Source: Lytechinus pictus
Taxonomy: Eukaryota
Assembly (NCBI RefSeq): GCF_037042905.1
Contig: NC_087251.1
Span: 44,022,001-44,086,000 of the forward strand
Direction: 5' to 3'
DNA length: 64,000 nucleotides
Positions 49,802-62,030 of the stretch are shown one piece after another. The notes under the pieces were generated by a model. It had not been told where the DNA came from, ran no database searches, and worked only from the letters and a program-made list of their open reading frames with translations. The position numbers were made by a program, and so were the translations under genes. Every line of letters starts with the position of its first letter. The stretch's first letter is position 1.

Positions 49802-49897
49802 GACTTGGAGATATTGAGAAGAAAAAGAGAAAGCTGTCTCACAAGCCACCAGAAGAATACAACAGATATTTCGCCAACAGTGGCCGACCAGTCAAGA
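49802..49897 (+). CDS. Rel: Rel exon with the nuclear localisation signal (GLGDIEKKKRKLSHKPPEEYNRYFANSGRPVK; NLS at 49819-49833)
   Basis: TTTACAG acceptor, GTAAGT donor, basic cluster just after the IPT domain as in other Rel proteins. Confidence 0.93.
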
Positions 49898-49934
49898 GTA
49901 AGTTATTCCTATCTAAAGCCAAGTTCGTGTAGTT

Positions 49935-50773
49935 GGGTTCCATGACATTTGCTCTTTCAACAGTTGCTCCACTCTTAAATTCCACACACTAATCATATTA
50001 CCAACTTCAACACTGGGTTTAACAGTATACCCTACCCTAAACCAAACCCTAACATGATATCCTATTGCAACCCTCACACTAACCCTACATCTTAGATGAG
50101 ATTTAAAGCGATGGTCTAGGCTGGAGATATTTCTATCTCAATAAATAGAGTAAAATCCACAGAGCAAAATGCTGGAAATTTGATCAAAATCGGATAACAA
50201 ATATCAAAGTTATTGAATTTTAAAGATTTGCATTATTCCGGTGAAACAGTTAATAATAATAATAATTAACTTCATTTATATAGTTCTAGGCATGTCTTTA
50301 TGAATATTCATTAGATGGGCTGATGATGTCACATCCCCACTTGTTCTTTGGTATTTTATTATATGAAATTAGGTTTATTCAAAAATTTTCTACGAAGAAC
50401 TGAACAATTGGATTGACAACTGATTAAGTGCATTAGTTATTTATTGCTGCAACATATTTCATCATAATGGAGAAACATCATTTACACATTTATGAAAAAA
50501 TGGAACATTTATGATTAATTACGTAAGAAAAAGGAAAGTGGGACTGTGACATCATCAGCCCACCTAATGAACATTCATGACGATGTGCATATAACCATTT
50601 TCACAAAATATTTATAAAATTTAAAATTCAATAACTTCGCCATTTGTTATCTGATTTTGATGAAATTTTCAGCATTTGAATTTGACTCTATTTATTTAGA
50701 TATAAACATTTTCAGCCTGGACCATCCCTTTAAGCTTGGAGCAATTGTCGCAGGAGCACATGTTGTGTCACCT
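49935..50773. mobile_element. TIR element with AACCCT-like internal repeats, interrupted by a TTAA MITE
   Basis: Imperfect inverted ends ACATTTGCTC...TTGCTCC and GGAGCAA...GAGCACATGT; several AACCCT motifs at about 50030-50090. Confidence 0.55.
50107..50729. mobile_element. TTAA-TSD MITE (AGGGATGGTCC family)
   Basis: TTAA|AGCGATGGTCTAGGCTG...CAGCCTGGACCATCCCT|TTAA. Confidence 0.88.
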
Positions 50774-50959
50774 GTAGTTACACCCAACAATGATTTCGTA
50801 AGAGTCTCTGAAAGTAAAGTCGGGTGTCAAAATATTAAAGATCTAGATCTAGTTTACTTACGTAAACCTAACTCTGTGAAACCATGAAAGCATAGCTGAA
50901 CGACACTGAAAAATGCCAGAACAAATAAGCACTTGTGGGAGACTATGATTGTTCCATTT

Positions 50960-51960
50960 ATTATTATTCAAATAGCGAATAGGCATTCGTGTGATGGTGC
51001 AAAATATTGCATAAGGTGAAAAAAAAGATGCTCTATTCTACGAGGCATTAGCCTAGTTGAATGTAGTGTCCATTTCTTTCATCGAATGCGACATCTCGCG
51101 CTATTGCATGAATAAGAATATTCGCTATTTGTGTTGTACAACACATCGCAAGTTAGCGAAAATATGAACAATGATTTTTTTTCCCGACGTGAATCTATGA
51201 AAATAAGAAAGGAAATTTTGAAAGCGAAAGGAAAATCCTTCAAACGTGCATCGGATCTGCAGCAGCAGTGCATTTACTAAGCCCATGCAATGTGTTAAAT
51301 CATATTTTCATAGTGATGTCACCTTTTCCTGACCCATGCAACAGTATACAAATAATGAATGTGTATGCGTGCAATGGGAAGAATATTTTCATGAGATGAA
51401 AGATGTAAAGTTCCATTCAACGAGGCGTTAGCCGAGTTGAATGGAACTTTTAATCTTTCATCGAATGTAAATATTCTTTCCATTGCACAAATATTTACAT
51501 TCATTATTTGTTTTATATAACTCATATAAGTTACAAAGTTTTTAAAAATGTAAAAAAGGAATAAAAAAGATAAAGATTAGGTTGGCCTATTTCCAGCAAC
51601 TCCTTTTCTCTGATAATTGCTAGTCGGTGGATTACACCATGTATCGACAGCTCATCAGCCCTTTGCTTTCATGTTTGTGACGTGCATTGCTTCATGGATC
51701 TGAGTCGAGCGCGCACAGTCAGTTTGATCTGCGCTAACTTCATGCGGGCAAACACACACACACATACACAAAAAGGTAAGTAGACATACACACGATTATA
51801 CTGAGGGAGCGCTAGCGCGCGTACCGTGCAATGGAAAAATCAAAAATGCATGGTCACCGTGCAATGGAAAATTACAAAATGCACGCAGTAAAGAATGGAC
51901 CAAATATTGAACACCTTTCAACCAATCAGATGGCAAGAATCTTCTTTTGAGTTATATAAT
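50960..51960. mobile_element. Hairpin-bearing interspersed repeat, possibly Crypton-like non-autonomous (class tentative)
   Basis: 15-bp perfect stem at 51407-51450 with loop GAGGCGTTAGCCGA, a degenerate second copy near 51035-51065, and CCAATCAG...GTTATATAAT at the right end. Confidence 0.4.
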
Positions 51961-52151
51961 ACATTATGGACATTACTTGTGCAACGGTATGAATGTTTGA
52001 CATTCAGCCTCCCATTTGCTCGCGTACAACAAGCTATTAGGTGTAGTACAACCTCAATGTATATGTTTTGAGATGTAAGTCATTAAATTATTCTATGTAT
52101 ATAATTTCTTTGTGATTTGATAAAGTATGATTGTATTTTTATTGTCTGTAG

Positions 52152-52304
52152 CGGAGACCCTTGGAGCGAGTGCCCAATCCTGCAGTGGTGCTCCATTAAG
52201 TCATCCAGTATCCAATGCACCATCCACCCTCTCATTAACACCGGTTACCATGACAATGCCATCAACAGACACCAGACGAAGTCTGCGTCAGCATCTCATG
52301 AGAG
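52152..52304 (+). CDS. Rel: Rel exon: Ser/Thr/Pro-rich linker (TETLGASAQSCSGAPLSHPVSNAPSTLSLTPVTMTMPSTDTRRSLRQHLMR)
   Basis: TGTAG acceptor, GTAAGG donor, symmetric phase 1-1, open frame (ORF 52127..52360). Confidence 0.85.
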
Positions 52305-52321
52305 GTAAGGAAAATGAGTAT

Positions 52322-52560
52322 TTAATAATGATTGATAACGTAATAGTTTACCCAGGGTAGCCACTTCAGTTTTGAAAAACTGTTCTCCCAGCAGGGCCTG
52401 CTTAGCATGATGTTATTACTGGTATTACTCCAGCGTAAGGTGGGTTGCCCAGGCACTCAAACATTGAAGGAATCTACTACACCTGGGTGGAGTGTGGGAA
52501 ATGTAGACGAATGCCGTGCCATTTTGCGCAACTGTTGCGTTGGGATTCAAACCCTGGACC
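52322..52560 (-). mobile_element. SINE remnant
   Basis: TACACCTGGGTGGAGTGTGG core and GGGATTCAAACCC B-box-like sequence on the minus strand. Confidence 0.55.
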
Positions 52561-53062
52561 TGTCTACTCATATATTTTACTCCAATTATTTGATCTTCCC
52601 GGCGTAAGTTATTGCACCCGTGAACTCTTATCCACTCAAACTTTCATTTTCGGGACTTGACATTACAACAACACAGGAAAAACTCAGGTCCGTATCTTGA
52701 GCTTGGGTTTAGTTTGCACTCTAGTCTTAAGGTTATGGGTAGCCAATTGTGACAGAAATTTCTATCATTAGAGGTCATATCAGTCGGCTCATTTGACCCT
52801 CGAATCATTCAGAATTGTCCTGGAATAATAACCAAAGTTGCTTTCTTTGCCATTATAACATAGTTAAAGAAGAGTGTAGCAAACATAAGAAATAAACAAT
52901 ATAAACTAAATTTAGACATTTTTGGCTTTCCATAGTTTTAGCACAGAGTTAGAACTTGGCTTAAGATAAAATGGACTTCAGAATACATGCCCCAGTATTT
53001 CTTGTTGAAGAGGAATCTCAATCAGGTATATAACCCTATGGTTTTCCGATTCTCTCATTTAG

Positions 53063-53610
53063 GGGACCCATCTCTTGGTGTGAGTGATGACCCCCAGGCT
53101 CTTTTTGGTGACTTCACATTCACCGGCGGCACCGCACAGGTACAGGATACCAACAACATACCGGTCACCTACACAAGCGGAGCCCACATGAGCTCCAGCA
53201 CCGTGACGCAACATCAGCACCAGCCAGTGAGCACCGACCAAGGTACCCTCGATATCCCACACGAAGCATTTTTGAGGTCCCTGGCGACGGCTCAACCGAT
53301 GGAGGAAGATTCCGTCGATGAGGAACGCACCACCAGCCTTCAGAGAATAAACGCCATAGCTTTTGAGCTCATGAGTTCGTCTGCAGGCGTGTCTGGAGGG
53401 GCCACCGGAGGCGGTGAGCGCGTTATTGTCGAGCCAATGCCAGATACTGCATCTCTGAATGATTTAACATACAGTGTTCTGGAAACAATAGACATTGCTG
53501 CCTACCAGGACGTCGGAAGTGATATCGTATTTAGCACATTTGAGGGCTCCGATACGGAGAGAAATAATACAAGCAACAGCAACAATAGCAACAATAATCC
53601 GATGGGATAG
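53063..53610 (+). CDS. Rel: Rel terminal coding exon: acidic putative transactivation region ending ...NNSNNNPMG*
   Basis: CTCTCATTTAG acceptor, phase 1, long open frame (ORF 52987..53610) with GC-richer codon-like composition, TAG stop. Confidence 0.88.
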
Positions 53611-56600
53611 CAATCGTAAGAACTTTCATGACTCCTAATTCCGAGAAAGATTTGACATCGATTCAATCTAGGAAATTAAGAGATTTATGCTTGCTTTGAA
53701 ATTTTATTGTATATACAAAACCAGGTATCTTTTATGCATGGAACCCTCATCTTCCTTACATGTATAAAAAGAAATCAAAATCTGGAAAATAGTTTTCAAT
53801 TGGCTGGTTTATTCATTGATACGTTATGAATCATTCACTGTATGCAAGTAATATGTTGCGATACATGCAGCTATTTCTTGGCATGCATGGAAAGTGACTG
53901 AGTATACAAAAACACTATTTTTTCGAGGGCATTTTAACAGAGTAGTTCACAAATAATGCATATGAGTGTGCACAACATTGTAAATACCTGAGATTCATAC
54001 ATTATCTTTTTTTATGTGAATATTTGGCAAGAAAAGTGGTTACTAATTCAGGGGATTTTTAAGAAACCCAGTCTTATTACGCAAGGCTGCATTACCATTA
54101 TGACATCATCACTGCTATAGTGTAGCAAATGTGGAAAGCATTCCTTATGTATATGCGCCAGAGGGTCCTTGACTCGGTTAGCATGGGGTGTATAAAATCA
54201 TGCTCAATATTTCATGCACTCAATTTGCCTATGTTACAAATGTCATACTAATTTTGGTATGCATGTTATGCTTTTTGCTGCTCACTCGTTGCACTTACTT
54301 TGAAGAACATAAGCATGACCCAAGTAGTGCATGTGATTAGCTACGATCATTCACTCGTGTGATGATAAGTGATAAAAGTGTCATCTGTAAATAATTTCAT
54401 CAGTATTGTGTTTTGTCTGATAAATTTTCTGTGTGGTTGTTGTACTTGCTCATCAAAATGTAAATTATGTACTTTTTTATGTGCGATGATCTGGCATTCC
54501 TCTCTTATATTAGGCCATATTAGGAGAGAAGGATAAAGGGACAGGATTTAGCTTTTATTTTGTATTACTCCAAGCATAGGCGTCAGAGCCGAAGATTATC
54601 CTTTGTTCATGGGGGGACATCTATTGTTGCGTCGTCCCCCCCCCCCCCCAGTATAAGGATAATCCTCTGCTCTGTCACCCATGATTCCAAGTGTGGATCC
54701 AGGAGGGTGGGAAACGGTGTGGACGCACCCGTCAAATTTGGAAAGAGAACAGTGCACTGCTGTAAAATGCCTCCATTGCACACCCCGTAAAATACAAAAG
54801 ATACCTCCATTTGTGAGCGATGACCCTTTTCCTATTTTTTTTGTGCTTGTCAAATTTTCGTGACAAATTCGCCCGTAAGAGCTTGAATCTGGATCCACTC
54901 CTGCACTCCCTGTGGAAAGTGTTTTTTTTTTTAATTATGAACTGCCATCAGATAGAAATCTCATAAATAACAACAACTTCAAAGAAATGTCTCTTTTATT
55001 TCCATTGTGACATGTACCTTTAAATGTAAATAGATGTATAAACACCATTTCATACACTGTCTTAAAAAATGAAGAGAGGTGTATAATCTGTGTACGTTAT
55101 TTGTTTTTCATAGTTGATGTCAACATGTGCTAACATGTAGCACTAATCAGAATTATTAGATTGGATTAAGAAATGGAGTAGGATGGTTTAGAACCAAAGA
55201 TGAGTAGTAATATTTTTTTGTTGATTTATCAGTTGTACTATAGAATAACATACTTTTCTTGTTATATGTTAAATTGTGGTTGATTTACCATTTGTACTAT
55301 AAAATTCCTTATTTTGCGTTATATGTTACTCTATCATGCTCTATCCTTACTCTGTCATACACTATCTATTAACTCTATCATGGAACTATGTTATTAGTGC
55401 ATATTTTGTTTTTATCATTATTCTTGAAAGTATAGCGTTTTTGCTTTTGAGTTTAGATGGTGTTGGAAGTGGAGAAAACTGTATAGTGTATATTATGAAC
55501 ATGTAGCGACAGACAGAGTCTGTTAATATATAAATACTTATAATATCGATAATCTTGCAAAGCTAAATATGTTTTTTGAATAGTGGCAGAGCAATGATGC
55601 ATTAAAGGCAACTTCTATTTTGATCTTCCTATGTGAGGAAGCTGAAAAAGACAAATGTTAATATGATTGATCCTCAAGTTGCTGAGTTCTTTTGGGAAAG
55701 GAAAGAAATCATTGTATGAATTGTTACATTGATAGTGACAAAGAAGTTTTATAACATTAAAATGTTCTGTTCACTTTTGAAGTCATGTTTGTTTTGTCCC
55801 TCTGTTGTTTAAGACTGAAAAATGTAAATCAGAAAAACTAAATAGAATTTTTTTTTTCAGACTTAAAGTCATGTTTGTTTTTATCCGTTTCTCATTAAAG
55901 ACTGAGAAATGTAAATCAGAAAAACTGAATCAATTTTTTTTCCTGTAAAAACCTGTATTATGTATGTTGTATGATAGCTATTGTAATTTGTAATGGTAGC
56001 ATTGTATGTTAATATTTGTTTATTTTATAGCATATATACTTTTATCTTTTTCATATAATTGTAGCAAAAGTTTTAAGAATTGTTTAAAGTATATATATAA
56101 ATTGTCCTGTTCCTTCATGTTATGTGTTTTAGATTAAGCATATAATGCTTTATTTGTTTGTTAATTTTCATAAAGTAAAGTACTCTAAAAATTGCTTGAT
56201 ATCACCTCGTCATTCCACTGTTAGAATGTATTGTACTCCTTTGATATTTATTAAGATGATTTTTCTTTAGAGTGTAGAAAATGCCATGTTAATGCCAATT
56301 TGAAGCTCAAGACAAACCATCCCCCAAAATCGGCAGAGAGAGATATTATAAAGCCATTTGAAGAATAAAATTTTGAATATATATTTAGGTTTTCATTTGG
56401 GTACAAAGGAAGCATTTTAGGATGTTCTCCAGTTATGTTTGTGCGCATCCCTATCTGCGTGCTGTGCATATTCTACTCATGCGCATTGACGTCACAATAA
56501 GTAAACAGGTTACTGACCAGCTACAGGTATCAGCTGATTTTTCCAAGCATCTGCAATCTAACAGCAAATCAAGATGTGTTATTTTACAAAGCTTTGAACT

Positions 56601-57830
56601 AGAAATAACTTTTTAAATGCCTCTACCTTCTCAGAATACTTTACTCTGCAGTGCTTGGAAGTATGACAAATATGACGTCAAGTTTGATTAAATGGGATAG
56701 TGGAGTAGAATTTTTCTTTATGAGGATACAAGCCTGTTGCCGCGTTATTTGTCTTTTTAAAAGCACATTTGTTCCAACAAAAGTGTTGATATTTAAAAAA
56801 CAAGCACATGAACCCCTAGTTTTTAATGTTCACACATATTTAGTATACGTTTCTCTACAACCATGCAAAATGACATGGGTTTTTAATAAAGTGCAGCATT
56901 TGTTGTAAAATATTTTAGATATATGTTTTTGTCGTCTCACACCTTTTTTAAAACTGAAGGTGCCGCTGCTCTTTAAATGACAAACGAAGAGCAGTATGGG
57001 TTGATTCTTTATAGTAAGTAAATCTGGACTATAATGTAAAATTTGGTGAAATTTAGATGGATTTTGACTGAGTAAGAGAGGTTTAAACTGAACGCTGTGA
57101 TCTCGTAGGGTTTAAAAACAAAATTATTTTTATTGTGTATTTCTCGAGACCTTTCAAATGGGTGAACTTCAAAGCTTGGGAGCAAAAAATCAAGCACATG
57201 AACCCATGTTAATTTTTACATAATTGGAATAATTAGGTGCTAAAGTAACTTTGCAAAATTTGGTGAAAATGACATGGAACGTCCTTAAAGGGGTGGGGTG
57301 TGAGAGAAATATGACAAATATACCAAAATGTTAATCTTGTTTTTGCAGATGGTAGGCACAATACTAGTATGCTGATGATAATGATAAATAATTGTAATAT
57401 TGATAATGAAGGTGATGATGATGATGTTATTGGTAATGATAATGATCACAATGATATAATACTGAAAACTAAAAAAAAGGGAGCCATGGAAAACCCATTT
57501 TCATTGCAATGTTAATGCTTATCCTCTGTTACATACAAACTTAAGCAGTATAATGATAATGATCTTATAAATGATTATCATAATGATAACGAGATAATTG
57601 TGGTGACATGTGATGTTATTGGAATGGAGAATCCATTGTATATTAAACAGGATTGGCTTTTTGATACTGTCCTATTAGCAAAATAAGGTAAAGATTTGGA
57701 TTTAATTGAACTAGGTTAGTCCAAGGAGATGGGAGGTTTGTCTTGTCACAACAAAGTACATATATTTTTTGTCTTTGTAAATTTGTACATAACTTCATGT
57801 AAATATATCATCTAAAAATAAATTCAAAAT
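53611..57830 (+). other. Probable long AT-rich 3' UTR of Rel; true end unknown
   Basis: Follows the stop codon, mostly repeat-poor and T-rich, with several AATAAA candidates (near 56363, 56885 and 57817). Confidence 0.35.
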
Positions 57831-58207
57831 TGTAAAGAATATTTTGGATGCTGATAGCTAGTCTTGTTATTCTTCTTTTCTCTCGAAATGTGGATGGTTT
57901 TTTTATACAGCTAGTTATGTTTGCAGCTGTTATGATTAAATATCTTAATATATTTACTTTGAAAAGTACAGGCCCCATGCCTTTCTACAAAGCACCCGGG
58001 GGGGGGGGGTAGGGGGTATATGTGTTCTTGCACACACTCACTGGCCAGGTTCTGTGGAGAGGTCTTCCTCAGGCTATCTGAAGATGCATTTCTATTATTG
58101 ACACTATTTCTATTATTGACACTTGTAAATGTTAACTGAGGACGTCCTTATTTAAAGGTTCCTATTCAAACGTGTCATTGACTCCTAAATGTATATGTGT
58201 CAATATA

Positions 58208-58970
58208 AGCTCTCTTATTTTCTTTTTTGCCTCCTTATTCCTCTTCCTCCCTGTCTTTCTCTTCATCTCTTCTCCTTCCTTCCCTCCTCCTCTTCTTCTT
58301 TTTCTTCTCCCTCTTTTCCTCCTGCTTCTTCTCTTCTTCGCCTCCTTCTTCCTCTTCTTCTCCTTCCTCTTTTCCTCCTTCCTCTTGTTCTTCTCCGGCC
58401 TCTTTTCCTCCTTCGTTTCCTCCTTGTTCTTCTTCCTCTTTTCCTCCTTCCTCTTTTTCTTCTCCGGCCTCTTTTCCTCCTCCTTCTCCTCCTTGTTCTT
58501 CTTCCTCTTTTTCTTCTCCGGCCTCTTTTCCTCCTTCGTCTCCTCCTTCCTCCTCTTCTTCTTCCTCCTCTTTTCCTCCTTTGTCTCCCCCTTCTTCTTC
58601 TTCCGCTTCTTCCTCTCTTCTTTTCCTCCTTCGTCTCCTTCTTCATCCCCTTCCTCCTCTTCTTCTTCTTCTCCCTCTTTTCCTCCTTTGTCTTCCCCTT
58701 CTTCTTCCGCTTCTTCCTCTCTTCTTTTCCTCCTTCCTCTTTTTCTTTTTCGGCCTCTTCCTTCTTCGTCTCCTTCTTCCTCCCCTTCCTCCTCCTTCGT
58801 CTCCTCCTCCTTCTTCCTCCCCTTCCTCCTCCTCTTCTTCTTTCTCTGTTCCTCCTTTGTCTCCCCCTTCTTCTTCCTCTCTTCTTCTCCTCCATCTTCT
58901 TTTCTTCTTCTTCTCCCTCTTTTCCTCCTTCATCTCTTACTTCTTCTTCCCCTTCTTCTTCTTCCCCTCC
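58208..58970. repeat. About 760-bp polypyrimidine/polypurine (CTT/CCT) low-complexity tract
   Basis: Almost exclusively C/T on the + strand; source of the spurious S/F/L/P and R/K/E ORFs. Confidence 0.97.
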
Positions 58971-60794
58971 TGGATAAGAGAGAAAAATTAAATCCGGCCT
59001 CCAGTTCTATCTCCTGTCCCCAGATTCTTTCCAATCATGACATCCGCTGCCTTCTCATGACCTAATAAAATCAGTGTTTTTCATACTATTGTGTTTCAAC
59101 AGTTCAATTATTCAGTTTATTTTTTTCCAACTTAATACATATATTGAATTTCAAATTACATTAAATAATTTTTTTAATTTGTATTCCAGTTAATTGTTAT
59201 AAAAATCATCCTCGACAAAATTATTCAGATTATTTATTCAAATGTTCAGTTTTATAAGGCAGTCTATCCCAACAACGAATTTATTTTAATTAAAGAAAAA
59301 TGAAACAAGCATAGTTACGGAAGCTTTTGTGCCATTGAGGGCGAGATGATTTATCAAGTCGACAGAATGACTGTTAATGTCAAAATGGGGAGCTGCGTTT
59401 TCATCTCGGCCGTTGTATACTGATCCCTTTAAGTTCTTCCTCCTCCCTTTTTTCCTTCTTATATTCACATTTCGATCCTTCTCTTTCTCCCTTTTCCGTC
59501 TTCCCTATCTCCCCCCCTCTCCGTTTCCATCCTTTTCCGTCTTCCCTATCTCCCCCCTCTAGCTCCGTTTCCATCCTTTTCCTAATTTGTCTGTCTGTCT
59601 CTCTCCTTTCCCCTCCTTTTTCTCTCTCCTTTTCCCTTTTTGCTTTCATTTTATTTCCGGAGGGGGCGCGGGGGGGGGGGGGGGCACCAAGGAGGCCCCA
59701 GGCCCAAATGGATATGTGCATGCAGATCATTGATGCATGATTCCTTTTATTTCTTAATATGTTGTCATGATGTCCATGACAATGTTGGTAATGTCGATGA
59801 TGACGTCGACGACGATGAAGAAGTCAATGATTTCGATGGCATTTATACTTTTAACTGTTAGTGAGATCATTACTTAATGGTTAAATACATGTATCTCCAT
59901 ATATACCTATTTGATTGATGAAAGAATATGATACTATGATGGCAAAGATGGAAATTGGAAATTTTGATGTATTTAACAGATCAATTGACCTGGTGAGTTC
60001 TGTGTTCTATATGCACGACTTTACCTGCAAAACGATTTGTTATGTAAAAATAAACTTCAGAATGATATATCCCAAATTGTACGTTTATTATTTTCAAAAC
60101 AAATGGATCCCTTCCATAGAATTAATGAATAGGGAAGTGACCAAAATCATTGTTTTCCTTCTCTTATTATTGTCTGGTAATATTGAATCAAACCCAGGCC
60201 CAAAATTTAAGTTTCCATGTGGAAACTGCGAAAAGTCAGTAAAATCAAATCAGTGCGGCCTTCTTTGTTCCACTTGTAAAAGATGGTATCATATTCACTG
60301 TCAAGAAATAAGCCTGGAAATATATTCAAATTTATATTTGAGCCCCGATGAAGAATGGTTTTGTTCAACCTGTTTTTTACCATCTTTCTGTGAATCTTTA
60401 TTTGACGACTACAATAATACTATTGTAAACTGTGAGAAAGAAATTCGGGTACCCGAAAACATTCCAGAGCCAAATTTACAACAAAAAAACTCGAAGGATT
60501 CAAGTTTACTTTATCCAGATTTTGAAAACATATCTGCTGTAAAAGGTCTTCACTTTGTACATCTAAATGTTAGATCTATTCTACCAAAAATTTCAGAACT
60601 TCGAATTCTATTTAAGAGAAAGAATCTTGCAGTCATTGCTTTCACAAAAACATGGCTAAATGACTCGGTGAATGATGAAGAAATCAATATAGATGGATAC
60701 AAAGTAATACGCAATGATAGATTATCAGGCTCTGGGGGTGGTGTATGTTTTTATGTCAGAAACGATATTGCATTCAATATCATAGATGTTTTAA

Positions 60795-61376
60795 AGGACA
60801 AGTCCACCCCAACAAAAAGTTGGTTTGAATAAAAAGAGAAAAATCCAACAAGCATAACACTGAAAATTTCATCAAAATCGGATGTAAAATAAGAAAGTTA
60901 TGACATTTTAAAGTTTCACTTAATTTCACAAAACAGTTATATGCACATCGTGGTCGGTATGTAAATGAGGAGACTGATGACGTCATCCACTCACTATTCC
61001 TTTTGTATTTTATTATGTGATATATGAAATATTCTAATTTTCTCCTCATTGTCAAGTGAAACAATGATTAATTCCTCCCTGAACATGTGGAATTAGCATT
61101 GTTTAATACTATATGGTTTAGTCAAGTTTGTCCTCATTGTCAAATCTGTAAAAAATGAAATATTGTATAATTCAAACAATAAAAAACAAAAGAAATATTG
61201 AGTGATGGACATCATCACTGAGTTGTGCATATCACTGTTTTGTGAAAAATAGCGAAACTTTAAAATACCATAACTTTCTCATTTTACATCCGATTTCGAT
61301 GAAATTTTCGGTGTTATGCTAATTTGATTTTTCTCTATTTATTCAAATCAACATTTTTCTGGGGTGGACTTGTCCT
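60795..61376. mobile_element. TTAA-TSD MITE inserted into the LINE endonuclease domain
   Basis: TTAA at 60791-60794 and 61377-61380; removing the element restores ...NIIDVLSTSDSESLWINLLLPRSKPIIAGVIYRPP. Confidence 0.93.
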
Positions 61377-62030
61377 TTAAGTACAAGTGATTCTGAATCA
61401 CTGTGGATTAATTTGCTTCTACCAAGATCAAAACCAATTATTGCTGGCGTCATTTATAGGCCTCCGAAAAGCAATCAATTTATTGAGAAGATGTCAAGTA
61501 TTCTCGATACATTAAAGAAAGATGATGAAATTATACTTTTAGGTGATTATGAATGTTTGTCTTTTTCAGAAACCTCCACTGGCTAAAACTTATACTGACT
61601 TATTGAGTCTTCATGGATTTAGCCAACTCATCAAAGATGCAACCCGTGTCACACACACATGTTCTTCTTTATTGGACCATGTTATTTGTAATAACAAACA
61701 AAAAATAAGTCAAAGTGGTGTTATTGATCTTGGTATAAGTGACAATTCTTTTACTTTCTGTACATGAAAGAAAATTAGGCTGGCTATAGGTGTTCACAGA
61801 ACCACTGATATTAGATCGTTGAAAAAATATAGCGAAGAATCTTTCAATCTTAAACTGTCTGCCGTTGATTGGTCAGATTTAACACTGACGTAAATAAAGC
61901 TTGGTCAGTTTTTCAAAATACTTTTATTTCAACGTTGAATATGATAGCGCCTCAAAAACGGATTAGAATTAAACAGAGATCAGAAAACTGGATGACTAAA
62001 GATATTATATCTCTTATTCGAGAAAGAAAT

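Larger units (their letters stand above)
7001..53610 (+). other. Rel: Rel-subfamily NF-kB transcription factor gene (span of coding exons). RHD + IPT + NLS + acidic C-terminus, no ankyrin repeats
   Basis: Manually spliced exons with GT/AG borders and consistent phases give an open frame. It contains EQPKQR.HRFRY..EGR.AGSI, SLVTK..P.PHPH.LVG, S.PIYDK, ICR...GS..GGDE.F.LC.KVQ, DVHRQFAIV..TP, FTY.P and KKKRK. CDS is 1758 nt with exon 7003, 1803 nt from ATG 33219, or 1893 nt with both upstream exons; all are multiples of 3. Confidence 0.95.

Noticed and set aside
50030..50090. Interstitial telomeric repeat
   Set aside because: Only scattered, degenerate AACCCT units inside a TIR element, not a tandem (TTAGGG)n array.
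58172..59065. Long ORFs of 210-297 aa on both strands
   Set aside because: Translations of a C/T-only low-complexity tract that cannot contain stop codons; no domain content.
53611..59900. Ankyrin-repeat or death-domain exons that would make the gene p105/p100/Relish-like
   Set aside because: The frame stops at 53610 and I saw no ankyrin-like ORF or exon downstream.
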